Below are positions 1-9,542 of a DNA stretch of 64,000 bases, piece by piece. The notes beneath the pieces were generated by a model. The model had not been told where the DNA came from and did no database searches. It saw nothing but the letters and a program-made list of their open reading frames with translations. Position numbers and translations under genes: made by a program. The DNA is from Candidatus Omnitrophota bacterium (GTDB taxonomy: Bacteria > Omnitrophota > Gorgyraeia > Zapsychrales > Zapsychraceae): contig DATDQB010000002.1 in assembly GCA_035292445.1 (NCBI GenBank), forward strand, positions 14,714 through 78,713. Direction: 5' to 3'. The stretch's first letter is position 1; each line of letters begins with the position of its first letter.

Positions 1-64
1 CATTGATAATTCTTATATTAATAATCTTATTAATAAAACCTTCATCCCTAGCTAAAAGCCTTGA

Positions 65-184
65 TGACCCTTCGATGGCCCGCTTTAGGCGGGCCTCTCA
101 GGGTCAATCCTGCACGTTCGCTGCGCTCAGTGTTCTTCGAACAGTCCTGAGCGAAGCGAAGGAAGCGAAGTCGAAGGATTGACT
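65..184. repeat. REP-like palindrome doublet (TTCG..CTCAG / CTGAG..CGAA family) with a nested second copy at about 113-163
   Basis: TGACCC-TTCGA-[GGCCCGC/GCGGGCC hairpin]-CTCAG-GGTCAA-TCCTG|inner CACGTTCG..CTCAG..CTGAGCGAAGCGAAGGA|AGCGAAGTCGAAGGA-TTGAC; same grammar as the copies at 9543, 10837 and 26992. Confidence 0.75.
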
Positions 185-207
185 ATTCAAACCATTTGTG
201 ATAGTTT
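179..207 (+). promoter_or_regulatory. sigma70-type promoter, probably giving a leaderless yggS mRNA
   Basis: TTGACT(179-184), 17 nt spacer, TGn-TAGTTT(202-207); ATG at 214 lies at the expected start site; no SD. Confidence 0.5.
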
Positions 208-213
208 ACCTCA

Positions 214-903
214 ATGATTCGCAATAATTTGGCTCAAATCCGGGAGCAGATCTGCGATATTTGTCAAAGAGTCGGCCGTAACCCGGATGAGGTAACGCTG
301 GTCGGCGTTACCAAGTATGCCGATAGCGCTTTGGTGCAACAGGCGGTTGAGGCGGGTTTAAAACATATCGGTGAGAACAAGGTCCAGGATGCCAGATTGA
401 AATTTGCGCGCCTTCAAGAAGTTGGTCTTAAAGTGACCAAGCATATGATTGGGCATCTGCAGACCAACAAGGCCAAGGATGCCGTTGCCATATTTGACAT
501 GATCCAGTCGGTGGACAGCTTGAAGCTCGCCGCCGAGGTCCAAAGACAAGCGCAAAATGCCAATAAGACCATGGATGTTCTCATCCAGGTCAATACTTCG
601 GGTGAGCAGCAAAAGTTCGGCATCCGTCCCGATGAGGCGGCTGCGCTGATCCAACAGATGCAGGATATGACGTGTTTAAGGGTCAAGGGGCTCATGACGA
701 TCGCGCCGTTGACACAGGATCAGAACATGATCCGCCGTTCTTTCAGGGATCTAAAGATATTAAAGGATGCGATCGTTAAGCAATTGCCGCAAAGCGAACG
801 CGTTGACATGAGATATTTATCGATGGGCATGAGCGATGATTTCGCCATCGCCTTGGAAGAAGGCTCGAACATGATAAGGATTGGAAGAGCGATATTTAAG
901 TAG
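214..903 (+). CDS. yggS: YggS/PLPBP pyridoxal phosphate homeostasis protein
   Basis: VTKY, GENKVQD, HMIGHLQTNK, GLMTI, LSMGMSDD, MIRIGRAIF motifs; precedes proC as is common. Confidence 0.95.
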   Translation: MIRNNLAQIREQICDICQRVGRNPDEVTLVGVTKYADSALVQQAVEAGLKHIGENKVQDARLKFARLQEVGLKVTKHMIGHLQTNKAKDAVAIFDMIQSVDSLKLAAEVQRQAQNANKTMDVLIQVNTSGEQQKFGIRPDEAAALIQQMQDMTCLRVKGLMTIAPLTQDQNMIRRSFRDLKILKDAIVKQLPQSERVDMRYLSMGMSDDFAIALEEGSNMIRIGRAIFK

Positions 904-957
904 TAAGCAGTAAGCGGTAAGCAGTAAGTAGGGAACGGTCTCCCGACCGTTCCATAC
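902..957. repeat. Four heptamer tandem repeats followed by a GTAG-type REP hairpin
   Basis: AGTAAGC AGTAAGC GGTAAGC AGTAAGT (902-929), then GTAGGGAACGGTC-TCCC-GACCGTTCCATAC (928-957). Confidence 0.7.
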
Positions 958-969
958 AAGGAGCAAATT

Positions 970-1758
970 ATGAAAACAAGAATCGGCATCATCGGCGGCG
1001 GGAATATGGGTTCCGCCATCATCAGCGGCATCCGAAAGAAGTATGCACTCCGTGTTTGCGAAAAAGATGCGAAGCGCCGCGCGTTTCTAAAGGATAAATT
1101 CCGTTTGTCCGCACAGGACTTGAAAACGGTTGTTGAGAGCTCAAATGTTTTAATTCTCGCCGTCAAGCCGCAGGATTTTGACGCTATTCTTGGCGAAACC
1201 AAAAGATATATCAGCAAGCGGCATCTGGTCATTTCCATCGCCGCGGGCATTACCACCCGCTATATCGAAAAACGTTTGGGTAAAGGCGTTCGCGTGATGC
1301 GCACCATGCCGAATCTGCCTGCGCAGGTCGGTATGGGAATGACGGGAATTTGCAAAGGTAAAAATGCCACTCGCCAAGACGCGCAAGTAACAGAGAAATT
1401 ATTCCAACGTATCGGCTTCACCATTCATACGGATGAAAAATTCATGGACGCCGTGACAGCCGTTTCCGGAAGCGGGCCGGCGTATGTTTTTTATTTTGTC
1501 GAATCTTTTGTTAAAGCGGCGCAGCGTTTGGGATTTTCCCAAAAAGTGGCAACGGGTTTGATCATGCAAACGCTGCGCGGCAGTTTGAACCTTCTTGTGG
1601 CATCCAACGATGACGCGGCAACGCTACGCCAAAAAGTCACTTCCAAAAAAGGGACAACGGAAGCGGCGTTGAAAGTTTTTCAAAAGAAAGATTACCAAGT
1701 AATTTTTAGCGACGCTTTAAAAGCGGCGCGCAAGAGGGCCAAGGAGCTCTCGAAATAA
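970..1758 (+). CDS. proC: pyrroline-5-carboxylate reductase
   Basis: IGGGNMG, LAVKPQ, RTMPN, AVSGSGPAY, VTSKKGTT. Confidence 0.95.
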   Translation: MKTRIGIIGGGNMGSAIISGIRKKYALRVCEKDAKRRAFLKDKFRLSAQDLKTVVESSNVLILAVKPQDFDAILGETKRYISKRHLVISIAAGITTRYIEKRLGKGVRVMRTMPNLPAQVGMGMTGICKGKNATRQDAQVTEKLFQRIGFTIHTDEKFMDAVTAVSGSGPAYVFYFVESFVKAAQRLGFSQKVATGLIMQTLRGSLNLLVASNDDAATLRQKVTSKKGTTEAALKVFQKKDYQVIFSDALKAARKRAKELSK

Positions 1759-2621
1759 TGGCCAAGATAGGTATTATCGGCGGAAGCGGTTTATATCAGC
1801 TTGAAGGGCTTGAGAACGTTGAGGAGCTGGTCTTCATGGACACGCCCTTTGGTCCGCCGTCAGACCATTTTATGTCGGGCAAGCTCGAAGGCGTTGATGT
1901 TGTGTTCCTGTCCCGCCACGGCCGCGGGCATCGTCATTCCCCGAGCACGATCAATTATCGCGCCAATATTTATGAAATGAAACGTTTGGGGGTTGAGGCC
2001 ATATTTTCCGTTTCCGCCTGCGGCAGCCTCAAGGAGGATCTTAAGCCGATGGATTTTGTCGTGCCGGATCAATTTGTCGATCGAACGAACCATGCCCGCC
2101 AGTCCAGTTTTTTTACCGACGGCATCGTGGCGCACGTGGCTTTTGCCGAGCCGGTCTCACCGGAGCTGACGAAGATCTTGATCGAAAGCTGCAAAACGAT
2201 CGGCGTACCCGTGCATGAAAAAGGGACGTACGTGAACATGGAAGGCCCCCAATTCTCGACCAAGGCCGAATCGAATTTGTACCGCAGCTGGGGCATGGAC
2301 ATTATCGGCATGACGAACATGACGGAAGCCAAATTGGCGCGTGAGGCCGAGATCGCCTACGCGACACTGGCTGCCGTCACCGATTATGATTGCTGGTACG
2401 AAGGCCACGAGTCCGTAACGGTGGAGGTGATCATCGCGAATCTGATGAAAAATATCGACAACGCCAAGAAGGTCTTGAGAGTGGCTATCCCTAAAGCCGG
2501 GCGGTTGAGTTCATTCAGCGCGCAGGGCGCTCTCAAGCACGCCATTATGACCGACCCCAAATTGATCCCCGAGCAAACCAAAAGTAATTTAAGGCCCATC
2601 ATCGGAAAATATATACGTTAA
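1758..2621 (+). CDS. mtnP: S-methyl-5'-thioadenosine phosphorylase
   Basis: IGIIGGSG, TPFG, RHG, EGPQFST, GMTN, VTDYDCW. Confidence 0.92.
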   Translation: MAKIGIIGGSGLYQLEGLENVEELVFMDTPFGPPSDHFMSGKLEGVDVVFLSRHGRGHRHSPSTINYRANIYEMKRLGVEAIFSVSACGSLKEDLKPMDFVVPDQFVDRTNHARQSSFFTDGIVAHVAFAEPVSPELTKILIESCKTIGVPVHEKGTYVNMEGPQFSTKAESNLYRSWGMDIIGMTNMTEAKLAREAEIAYATLAAVTDYDCWYEGHESVTVEVIIANLMKNIDNAKKVLRVAIPKAGRLSSFSAQGALKHAIMTDPKLIPEQTKSNLRPIIGKYIR

Positions 2622-2623
2622 AG

Positions 2624-5446
2624 ATGAAAGACGAAGCCTCCCAACAAGTCGATTTTCGAAAGACGCTTAATTTGCCGCAGACCGAGTTTGCGATGAAGGC
2701 GGGGCTCGCCCAGAAAGAGCCGCTCTATCTGGCGAAATGGGAAAAAGAAGGCCTTTACCAGAGGATCTGCCAGCAGCTTGCGGGCAAACCGAAATTCATT
2801 CTCCACGATGGGCCGCCGTACGCCAACGGCAACATCCACATCGGCCACGCCCTCAATAAAACGCTTAAGGACCTGATCGTCAAATCCAAAGCCATGCAGG
2901 GCTTTGACAGCCATTACCTTCCCGGCTGGGATTGCCACGGGCTTCCGATCGAGCACGCATTGTTGAAAGAAATGAAAAAAAGAAAAAGTGACGTTGATTG
3001 CGTGGACTTTCGCAAAAAAGCGCATGACTACGCGATGAAATACGTGGGTATCCAGCGCGATGAGTTCAAACGGCTGGGTATTTTCGGCGAATGGGAAAAA
3101 CCGTATCTGACGCTTAATACTGAATACGAATATTGGATCCTGAAATCATTATCGGAATTGTTCAAGAAAGGCTATGTGTATCGCGGGCTCAAGCCCGTCA
3201 ACTGGTGTTTCAGCTGCGAGACGGCTCTCGCCGAAGCGGAGGTCGAGTACGAAGACCATACGTCCCAATCGATGTACGTGAAATTTAAGGTCGAAAATAA
3301 AGAAACCAAACCTTTATATTTGTTGATCTGGACGACAACGCCCTGGACGCTTATGGCGAACGTTGCGGTCGCCGTTCATCCTAATTTTAAATATGTTGTT
3401 GTGGATACCGGCAAAGAAGTCCTCATTATGGAAAAATCTTTGAGCGCTGCTGTCTTGGCCAAAGTCGGCGTTCAATCATCGAAAATCCTCAGAGAAGTTG
3501 AAGGCGGCCAGCTGACAACGCTTACTTACGAACACCCTTTTGGCCTAAGAAAGAATTGCCGTGTTGTGACGGCCGATTATGTCACCAAAGAAGACGGCAC
3601 AGGCTTGGTCCATACCGCGCCTGGCCACGGGCAGGAAGATTTCGAAACGGGATTGAAATATAAACTTGATGTCGTGATGCCGGTCAATGACAAAGGCGTT
3701 TATACGAGCGAAGCGGGCCCTTACGCCGGCGAACATGTGTTCAAGGCCAATGATAAAATTATCGAGGAACTCAAACAAAAGGGGGCACTTTTCCATAAAG
3801 AACCTCTCCAACACACTTACCCGCATTGCTGGAGATGCAAGAACCCGATCATTTTTCGCGCGACACGGCAGTGGTTCATGAAGATCGACCACGACGGGTT
3901 AAGGCAGAAACTCCTTAAGGCCATTCAAAAGGACGTAAAGTGGGTGCCACCGGCGGGTGAGGAGCGGATCACCGCGATGGTGGCGACACGTCCCGATTGG
4001 TGTTTGTCCCGTCAGCGGTTTTGGGGCGTGCCGATTCCGGCCATTAGATCAAAAAAAGAAGGCAGTGAACCCCAGTTGTACCCTGAGGTCATCGATCATT
4101 TTGCCGAGATCGTCCGCAGGGAAGGGACAAATGCCTGGTTCGAGAAAGATATCAAGCAATTGCTTCCCAAAGGTTTCAAAGATCCCAAGACCGGTGAGGC
4201 CGAATTTGAGAAGACATTTGATATTTTGGATGTGTGGTTCGATTCCGGCGTCAGCCACCAGGCGGTCGTTAAAGGAATTTTAAAAGAAAAACTGCCCATC
4301 GACCTTTACCTGGAAGGAAGCGACCAGCACCGCGGCTGGTTCCAGTCTTCCTTAATACCGGCGGTGGCGATCGAAGGCAAGCCGCCTTTCAAAGAAGTGT
4401 TGACGCATGGCTTTGTCGTTGACGGGGCGGGCCGCAAGATGTCGAAGTCGTTAGGGAACGTCGTTTCTCCGCAGGATGTGATCAAAGAAAGCGGGGCCGA
4501 TATCCTGCGTCTTTGGGTAACAGCCAGTTCTTATAATGAAGACATCCGCATTTCCAAAGAAGTGTTGGAGCGCCTCGTTGATGCTTATCGTAAGATTCGA
4601 AACACAATCCGCTACCTATTAAGCAACCTCTATGACTTCGATCCCGACAAAGAAATGCTTGATTACAAGGACCTTAAGCCGCTGGATAAGTGGGCGCTGC
4701 ACCAACTGGCCAAAGTCATGGAAGAAAGCTATAAGAATTTTAATGAATATGAGTTTGCCAAGATCTACAAGAGCGTTTATACTTTCTGTAATGAGGAGCT
4801 GTCGAACTTTTATCTTGACATTTTAAAGGACAGGCTTTATATTTCTGCTGCCCAATCACGGGAAAGAAAGTCCGCGCAAAACGCTCTTTACCACATTTTG
4901 AATTACAGCGTTCGTTTGCTGGCGCCGGTCCTCGTTTTCACATGCGAAGAGATCTTTGAGCACATGCCCAAGGATAAAGAGCTTAAGAAATACGGTAGCG
5001 TGCATTTGTTACAGTGGCTTAAGGTCCCCGGGGTTTGGAAAGACGAAGAGATCAGTAAACGTTTTGAATTGCTGCTGCGCTTGAGGCCGCATGTGATGAA
5101 AGCATTGGAAGACAAACGCCGCGAAGGCACCATCGGCAGCTCATTGGAAGCCAAGGTCATCTTTAAAACGGCCAGTGAACGCGATTATACGTATTTGACG
5201 AGCTTCGGCGAGGAATTGGCCGACATGTTCGTCGTATCGCAAGCCCATATTGAGAAGGCGAAGGATATCGCGGGGGGCATTGATAACGAGTTCTTGAAGA
5301 CCCAGATTTCGGTCGTTAAGGCGGACGGCAAAAAATGCGCCCGTTCATGGAAATACAGCTTGGATGTTGGCAGTGATCCACAGTTCCCGGCACTGTCGTT
5401 AAAATCAGCAAAGATAGTAAAGGAGATGTTGCATGCCAGTTCATAA
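2624..5446 (+). CDS. ileS: isoleucyl-tRNA synthetase, type 1
   Basis: LHDGPPYANG, HIGH, GWDCHGLP, WTTTPWT, GSDQHRGWF, KMSKS. Confidence 0.98.
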   Translation: MKDEASQQVDFRKTLNLPQTEFAMKAGLAQKEPLYLAKWEKEGLYQRICQQLAGKPKFILHDGPPYANGNIHIGHALNKTLKDLIVKSKAMQGFDSHYLPGWDCHGLPIEHALLKEMKKRKSDVDCVDFRKKAHDYAMKYVGIQRDEFKRLGIFGEWEKPYLTLNTEYEYWILKSLSELFKKGYVYRGLKPVNWCFSCETALAEAEVEYEDHTSQSMYVKFKVENKETKPLYLLIWTTTPWTLMANVAVAVHPNFKYVVVDTGKEVLIMEKSLSAAVLAKVGVQSSKILREVEGGQLTTLTYEHPFGLRKNCRVVTADYVTKEDGTGLVHTAPGHGQEDFETGLKYKLDVVMPVNDKGVYTSEAGPYAGEHVFKANDKIIEELKQKGALFHKEPLQHTYPHCWRCKNPIIFRATRQWFMKIDHDGLRQKLLKAIQKDVKWVPPAGEERITAMVATRPDWCLSRQRFWGVPIPAIRSKKEGSEPQLYPEVIDHFAEIVRREGTNAWFEKDIKQLLPKGFKDPKTGEAEFEKTFDILDVWFDSGVSHQAVVKGILKEKLPIDLYLEGSDQHRGWFQSSLIPAVAIEGKPPFKEVLTHGFVVDGAGRKMSKSLGNVVSPQDVIKESGADILRLWVTASSYNEDIRISKEVLERLVDAYRKIRNTIRYLLSNLYDFDPDKEMLDYKDLKPLDKWALHQLAKVMEESYKNFNEYEFAKIYKSVYTFCNEELSNFYLDILKDRLYISAAQSRERKSAQNALYHILNYSVRLLAPVLVFTCEEIFEHMPKDKELKKYGSVHLLQWLKVPGVWKDEEISKRFELLLRLRPHVMKALEDKRREGTIGSSLEAKVIFKTASERDYTYLTSFGEELADMFVVSQAHIEKAKDIAGGIDNEFLKTQISVVKADGKKCARSWKYSLDVGSDPQFPALSLKSAKIVKEMLHASS

Positions 5447-5873
5447 ATCAGCTAAATTAGCCAAATTAATCAAATCAGCCAAACCGGCAAAGAAGTTGGA
5501 TAAAAAAAAGTTAGAGCAGTATAAGAAGCTTCTCCTTCAGTTGCGGGAAGACATCCTCAAAGACATCAAGAACATGTCCAGCGAAACCAATTCCGGGGAC
5601 AATGATTCCAAAGATGTTTCCGGCCATGTCATGCACATGGCGGATGTCGCCACCGACATGTACGACAAAGAATTCAATCTGGGCCTGGCCTCAAAAGAGC
5701 GTGAAATATTGCAGAAGATCGAAGATGCTTTAAGGCGCGTTGAGGACGGCTCTTACGGATTTTGCCTGGCTACGGGCAAGCCCATCTCCAAAGCCCGCCT
5801 CAAAGCCATACCCTACGCCGAATATTGCTTGGAGTACCAGGAACAGCTCGAGAAAAAGGGCAAATATAGGTAG
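5433..5873 (+). CDS. TraR/DksA family transcription factor with a two-Cys finger
   Basis: coiled coil with HMADVATD tip; YGFCLATGKPISKARLKAIPYAEYC; ileS-dksA-lspA context. Confidence 0.88.
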   Translation: MPVHKSAKLAKLIKSAKPAKKLDKKKLEQYKKLLLQLREDILKDIKNMSSETNSGDNDSKDVSGHVMHMADVATDMYDKEFNLGLASKEREILQKIEDALRRVEDGSYGFCLATGKPISKARLKAIPYAEYCLEYQEQLEKKGKYR

Positions 5874-5896
5874 CTTTTTCCGAAACGGATGCACCC

Positions 5897-6379
5897 ATGA
5901 GAGATCAATTGAGATCTCAAAGTGATATTTTCCTTTCCCTGGTCATTACTTTTACAACCGTCCTTGTCGATCGTGCCACCAAAATATTTTTCTCCGGCAT
6001 TTTAGATCACGGCGAATCCATTCCAATCATCCAAAATGTTTTTCATTTAACCCTCGTTCACAATACGGGCATCGCCTTCGGGCTCTTTAAAGACTACGGC
6101 ATTGTTTTTATCGTCATTCCCGTCATTGCCATTTTCCTTCTTATTTTCAACATCTATTATTACCGCCATAATAATGAATTTTTAGACCGCATCTACATTG
6201 TCGCGTTTTCCCTTATTTTAGGCGGGGCGATCGGGAATCTGATCGACCGCATCCGCTTCGGCTATGTCGTCGACTTTCTGGATTTTCGTATCTGGCCGGT
6301 GTTCAACGTCGCCGACAGCGCCATCACCATCGGTGCCGTCATCATCGCCGTTAAATGTTTTCAGCTGTCCCACAAGTAA
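5897..6379 (+). CDS. lspA: lipoprotein signal peptidase II
   Basis: NTGIAFG, GGAIGNLIDR, VVDF, FNVAD. Confidence 0.96.
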   Translation: MRDQLRSQSDIFLSLVITFTTVLVDRATKIFFSGILDHGESIPIIQNVFHLTLVHNTGIAFGLFKDYGIVFIVIPVIAIFLLIFNIYYYRHNNEFLDRIYIVAFSLILGGAIGNLIDRIRFGYVVDFLDFRIWPVFNVADSAITIGAVIIAVKCFQLSHK

Positions 6380-6388
6380 CTTTTCCCT

Positions 6389-7294
6389 ATGAGCCAAAAC
6401 GAACTCGTTGTTGACCAGGAACACCACGGCATGCGCTTGGATGTTTTTTTGACGAAAATGTTGGATAACGTGCCTTCGCGCACCTTTGTCAAAAGACTGA
6501 TCGATGAGGGGTTTGTCCTGGTTGATGACAAGGAAGTCAAGGCGCACCAGAAAATCTTGAATGGCCAGAAAGTTTATGTCGATTTTCCGGAAGATTTCTT
6601 GAAACCCATCGATGCCGAGCCGGAAAATATCCCTTTGGACATATGTTATGAAGACGAGCAGCTGCTGATCATCAACAAGCCTGTCGGCATGCTTGTTCAC
6701 CCAGCGCCTTCCATTGCCCATGGCACGCTGGTCAATGCGCTGTTGTATCATTGTCAAAATCTTTCCGATGTGAATTCAAAGTTCCGCCCCGGCATTGTCC
6801 ATCGGCTGGACCAGGATACCTCGGGATTGATGGTCGTTGCGAAAGATAATAAGACCCACGAACTTTTGGCCAGGCAATTTGCCGAACATACGATCAAGAA
6901 ACGCTATGTGGCCCTGGTGGAGGGTTCCATTGAATTCGAGGAAGGGTTGATCGATGAGCCCATCGGGCGTAACCCGGTCCATCGCGAGAAAAAGAAAGTC
7001 GACTATTCGGATTTCGGCAAAGATTCCGTGACCTTTTATAAAGTAATCAAACGCGTCCCGAAAGTCACGTATGTGGCGTTACTTCCCAAGACGGGACGAA
7101 CCCATCAGTTGCGCGTCCATCTGGCCCACATCGGCCATCCGATCCTCGGAGATGAAAAATACGGGCGTAAGGCGACCTTTTCGCGTTTGGCCTTGCACGC
7201 CCAGTCACTCGGCTTTATCCATCCTCACAGCGGCCTTTATGTCGAATTTTCCTCCATCGCGCCGCGGGAATTTTTAGACAAGGTTTCTTTGTAA
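6389..7294 (+). CDS. rluD: RluA/RluD family 23S rRNA pseudouridine synthase
   Basis: N-terminal S4-like RLD domain, NKPVGMLVHP, GIVHRLDQDTSG, TGRTHQLRVH, HPILGD. Confidence 0.92.
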   Translation: MSQNELVVDQEHHGMRLDVFLTKMLDNVPSRTFVKRLIDEGFVLVDDKEVKAHQKILNGQKVYVDFPEDFLKPIDAEPENIPLDICYEDEQLLIINKPVGMLVHPAPSIAHGTLVNALLYHCQNLSDVNSKFRPGIVHRLDQDTSGLMVVAKDNKTHELLARQFAEHTIKKRYVALVEGSIEFEEGLIDEPIGRNPVHREKKKVDYSDFGKDSVTFYKVIKRVPKVTYVALLPKTGRTHQLRVHLAHIGHPILGDEKYGRKATFSRLALHAQSLGFIHPHSGLYVEFSSIAPREFLDKVSL

Positions 7295-7302
7295 ATAACC
7301 CC

Positions 7303-7330
7303 TTTACATAGAAATACTTTTATTTATAAT
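7303..7330 (+). promoter_or_regulatory. sigma70-type promoter
   Basis: TTTACA(7303-7308), 16 nt spacer, TATAAT(7325-7330). Confidence 0.5.
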
Positions 7331-7368
7331 ACTAAAAGATTACTTAGAAAACAGGCACCGTCTCTCTT

Positions 7369-8223
7369 ATGAACAATTCTGGTAAAGTCATAACCATATT
7401 CGTTGTCATCATCGCGATCCTGTTGATTTCCCTGACGGCCATCTCGCTTTTTTTCTTTAAGCAGGAACGGGAAAGGCGGCAATCGATGGAAGACGCGCTG
7501 GGCGAAAACCGCGCGCAGGTCGCCTCATTGCAAACGCAGTTGGATGAGGCCAAGAAGCAGAAATTTTTGTTTGAGGAAAAAAGCAAGGAAATGGACGAGC
7601 GGATCAACAGTTTGTTGGATGATCTGGAGCTGGAGCAGGGCTTGAAAGAAGAGATGAAGAAAGAACAGACGGCCCTTAATGAGAAGTTGGATAAAGAGAT
7701 CAAGGCGAAAGAAAAACTGAAAGAGGATCTGAACAAACAGATCGCTGATGCGACCGTGAAGATCAAGGAACTGGAGGATAAGCTGCGCTCGGAGGTCGAA
7801 ACGGCCAGTCAGCTGAAAGAGCGCAACCGCTTGCTGGAAAAAGAAAATATGCAGCTGTCCGAAGGCATGGGGATAACCAATTATGTGCCGGCGGCTGCTT
7901 TGACGGATAATGAAGCCAACAAAGAAATGAGCTTGGATGAGATTGTCGTTAAGACCGACGCGGAAAACCAGGCCGTTTCCGTTCCCACGAAAGTCCCCGA
8001 AGGGCGGATCATCAGCGTTGACGATGAGACCGAGTTCGTCATCGTCGATCTTGGTAAAAAACACGGCGTGACGCTGGGGCGCATCATGAGCATCTATCGG
8101 GGCGATAAATACCTGGGTGATATCAAGATCACCCGCGTCCAGCCGGAGATGTCCGCGGCGGATCTGATCTTGCCATTGACCGGAAAATTGGTCCGGAAGA
8201 ACGATCAAGTCATCGCTAAATGA
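7369..8223 (+). CDS. hypothetical membrane-anchored coiled-coil protein with a C-terminal beta domain resembling FlgT_C
   Basis: N-terminal TM, long E/K heptad region, C-terminal VIVDLGKKHGV..IYRG..LGDIKITRV..SAA pattern. Confidence 0.7.
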   Translation: MNNSGKVITIFVVIIAILLISLTAISLFFFKQERERRQSMEDALGENRAQVASLQTQLDEAKKQKFLFEEKSKEMDERINSLLDDLELEQGLKEEMKKEQTALNEKLDKEIKAKEKLKEDLNKQIADATVKIKELEDKLRSEVETASQLKERNRLLEKENMQLSEGMGITNYVPAAALTDNEANKEMSLDEIVVKTDAENQAVSVPTKVPEGRIISVDDETEFVIVDLGKKHGVTLGRIMSIYRGDKYLGDIKITRVQPEMSAADLILPLTGKLVRKNDQVIAK

Positions 8224-9503
8224 ATTTAACCGTTTATCCCTCCAAAAAGCTGAAGGGAAGCGTTTCTCTTCCCGGTTCCAAATCTTATTCCATCCGTGCC
8301 TTTATCATAGCGGCCTGCGGCGGGCGCTCGCGTATCCTGTGCCCTTCCGACGGCGATGATGTGCTGGTTTCGATGCGGGTCGCGAAATCGTTAGGCGCTG
8401 ATGTTCGTCGAAGGAAAGCGGACACATTTATTGTTCAGGCCCGAAAGCATCCGATGCGCCTTAAAAAAATTCATGTCCAGGAATCGGGTACGCTGTTGCG
8501 TTTTATTTTGCCGTTGGCTTCTTTGTATGCCAAGCGTTCCATGATCACGGGCGAAGGGACGCTGCGCGGCCGGCCTAATAAATTTTTGACGCAAACGCTG
8601 CGGCATATGGGTGTCCATATTAGTGGAAAAGGAAAAGAAGAAAGCATTCCAATTAAAATAACGGGCGGATCTTTACGGGGTGGACGGGTTTCGATTGACG
8701 GCAGTTTGAGTTCTCAATTTATTTCAGCGCTTCTTATTACTTGCCCGCAGCTTAAAGAGGATTCGATCCTTATGATCAAAGGAAAAATGGTCTCGTTAGA
8801 TTATATCACGATGACCCTTTTAGTCTTGCGCCGTGCCGGGGTACGCATTGAAAGAAGGGGGACCCGTAGCTATATTATTAAAGGAAGGCAGAAGTTCCGC
8901 GGGCTTAAGACATTTGAGGTCCCCTCTGATCTTGGATTGGCCGCTTTTCCAATGGCGGCAGCAGCATTGCATTCCTCAGACATTGTTTTAAAAGGGCATT
9001 TTAAAAAGGACTTGATCCAGGCCGATGCCCAGATCTTGACGTTCTTAAGAAAGATGGGCGTTCGTTTTACGAAAACGGCTAATGCCATTGGGCTTAAAGG
9101 CCCCTTTGCTTTAAGGGGCGGGGTTTTTTCCCTTAAAGACTGTCCTGATTTGGTCCCGATCATGGCGGTCCTGGCCCTATTTGCCAAAGGGACAACGCGT
9201 TTGAGAGATGTCGCTCACGCCCGCTCCAAAGAATCGAACCGGATCAGTGATCTAAGAAGGGAGTTATTAAAGGTAGGGGCGGATGTGAGAGAAAAGAAGG
9301 ATGAGCTGATCATAAAGCCAAAGCCGGTTTACAGGCCTAACCGCCTGCTGGATCCGCACCAAGATCACCGTTTGGCCATGGCTTTTTGTGTTTTAGGGAC
9401 CAAACTCGGTGTGCGCATTAAAGATATAGAGTGTACCAGCAAATCCTATCCAGGCTTTGTCAAAGACCTGAAAAGCCTGGGTGCCTGCCTGTATAAATCT
9501 TAA
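8220..9503 (+). CDS. aroA: 3-phosphoshikimate 1-carboxyvinyltransferase (EPSP synthase)
   Basis: LPGSKS, SGTLLRF, SSQFISALL, KESNRI, DHRLAM, KSYP. Confidence 0.93.
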   Translation: MNLTVYPSKKLKGSVSLPGSKSYSIRAFIIAACGGRSRILCPSDGDDVLVSMRVAKSLGADVRRRKADTFIVQARKHPMRLKKIHVQESGTLLRFILPLASLYAKRSMITGEGTLRGRPNKFLTQTLRHMGVHISGKGKEESIPIKITGGSLRGGRVSIDGSLSSQFISALLITCPQLKEDSILMIKGKMVSLDYITMTLLVLRRAGVRIERRGTRSYIIKGRQKFRGLKTFEVPSDLGLAAFPMAAAALHSSDIVLKGHFKKDLIQADAQILTFLRKMGVRFTKTANAIGLKGPFALRGGVFSLKDCPDLVPIMAVLALFAKGTTRLRDVAHARSKESNRISDLRRELLKVGADVREKKDELIIKPKPVYRPNRLLDPHQDHRLAMAFCVLGTKLGVRIKDIECTSKSYPGFVKDLKSLGACLYKS

Positions 9504-9542
9504 TATACTTATTATTATCCTCAAGGGGCCGTAAAAATTAAA

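Noticed and set aside
1-60. Possible start (CAT at 1-3) of a divergent minus-strand gene
   Set aside because: Any such gene lies outside the window and cannot be evaluated.
902-929. Short repeats as a CRISPR array
   Set aside because: 7 nt units with no spacers and no cas genes; no CRISPR array seen in the window.
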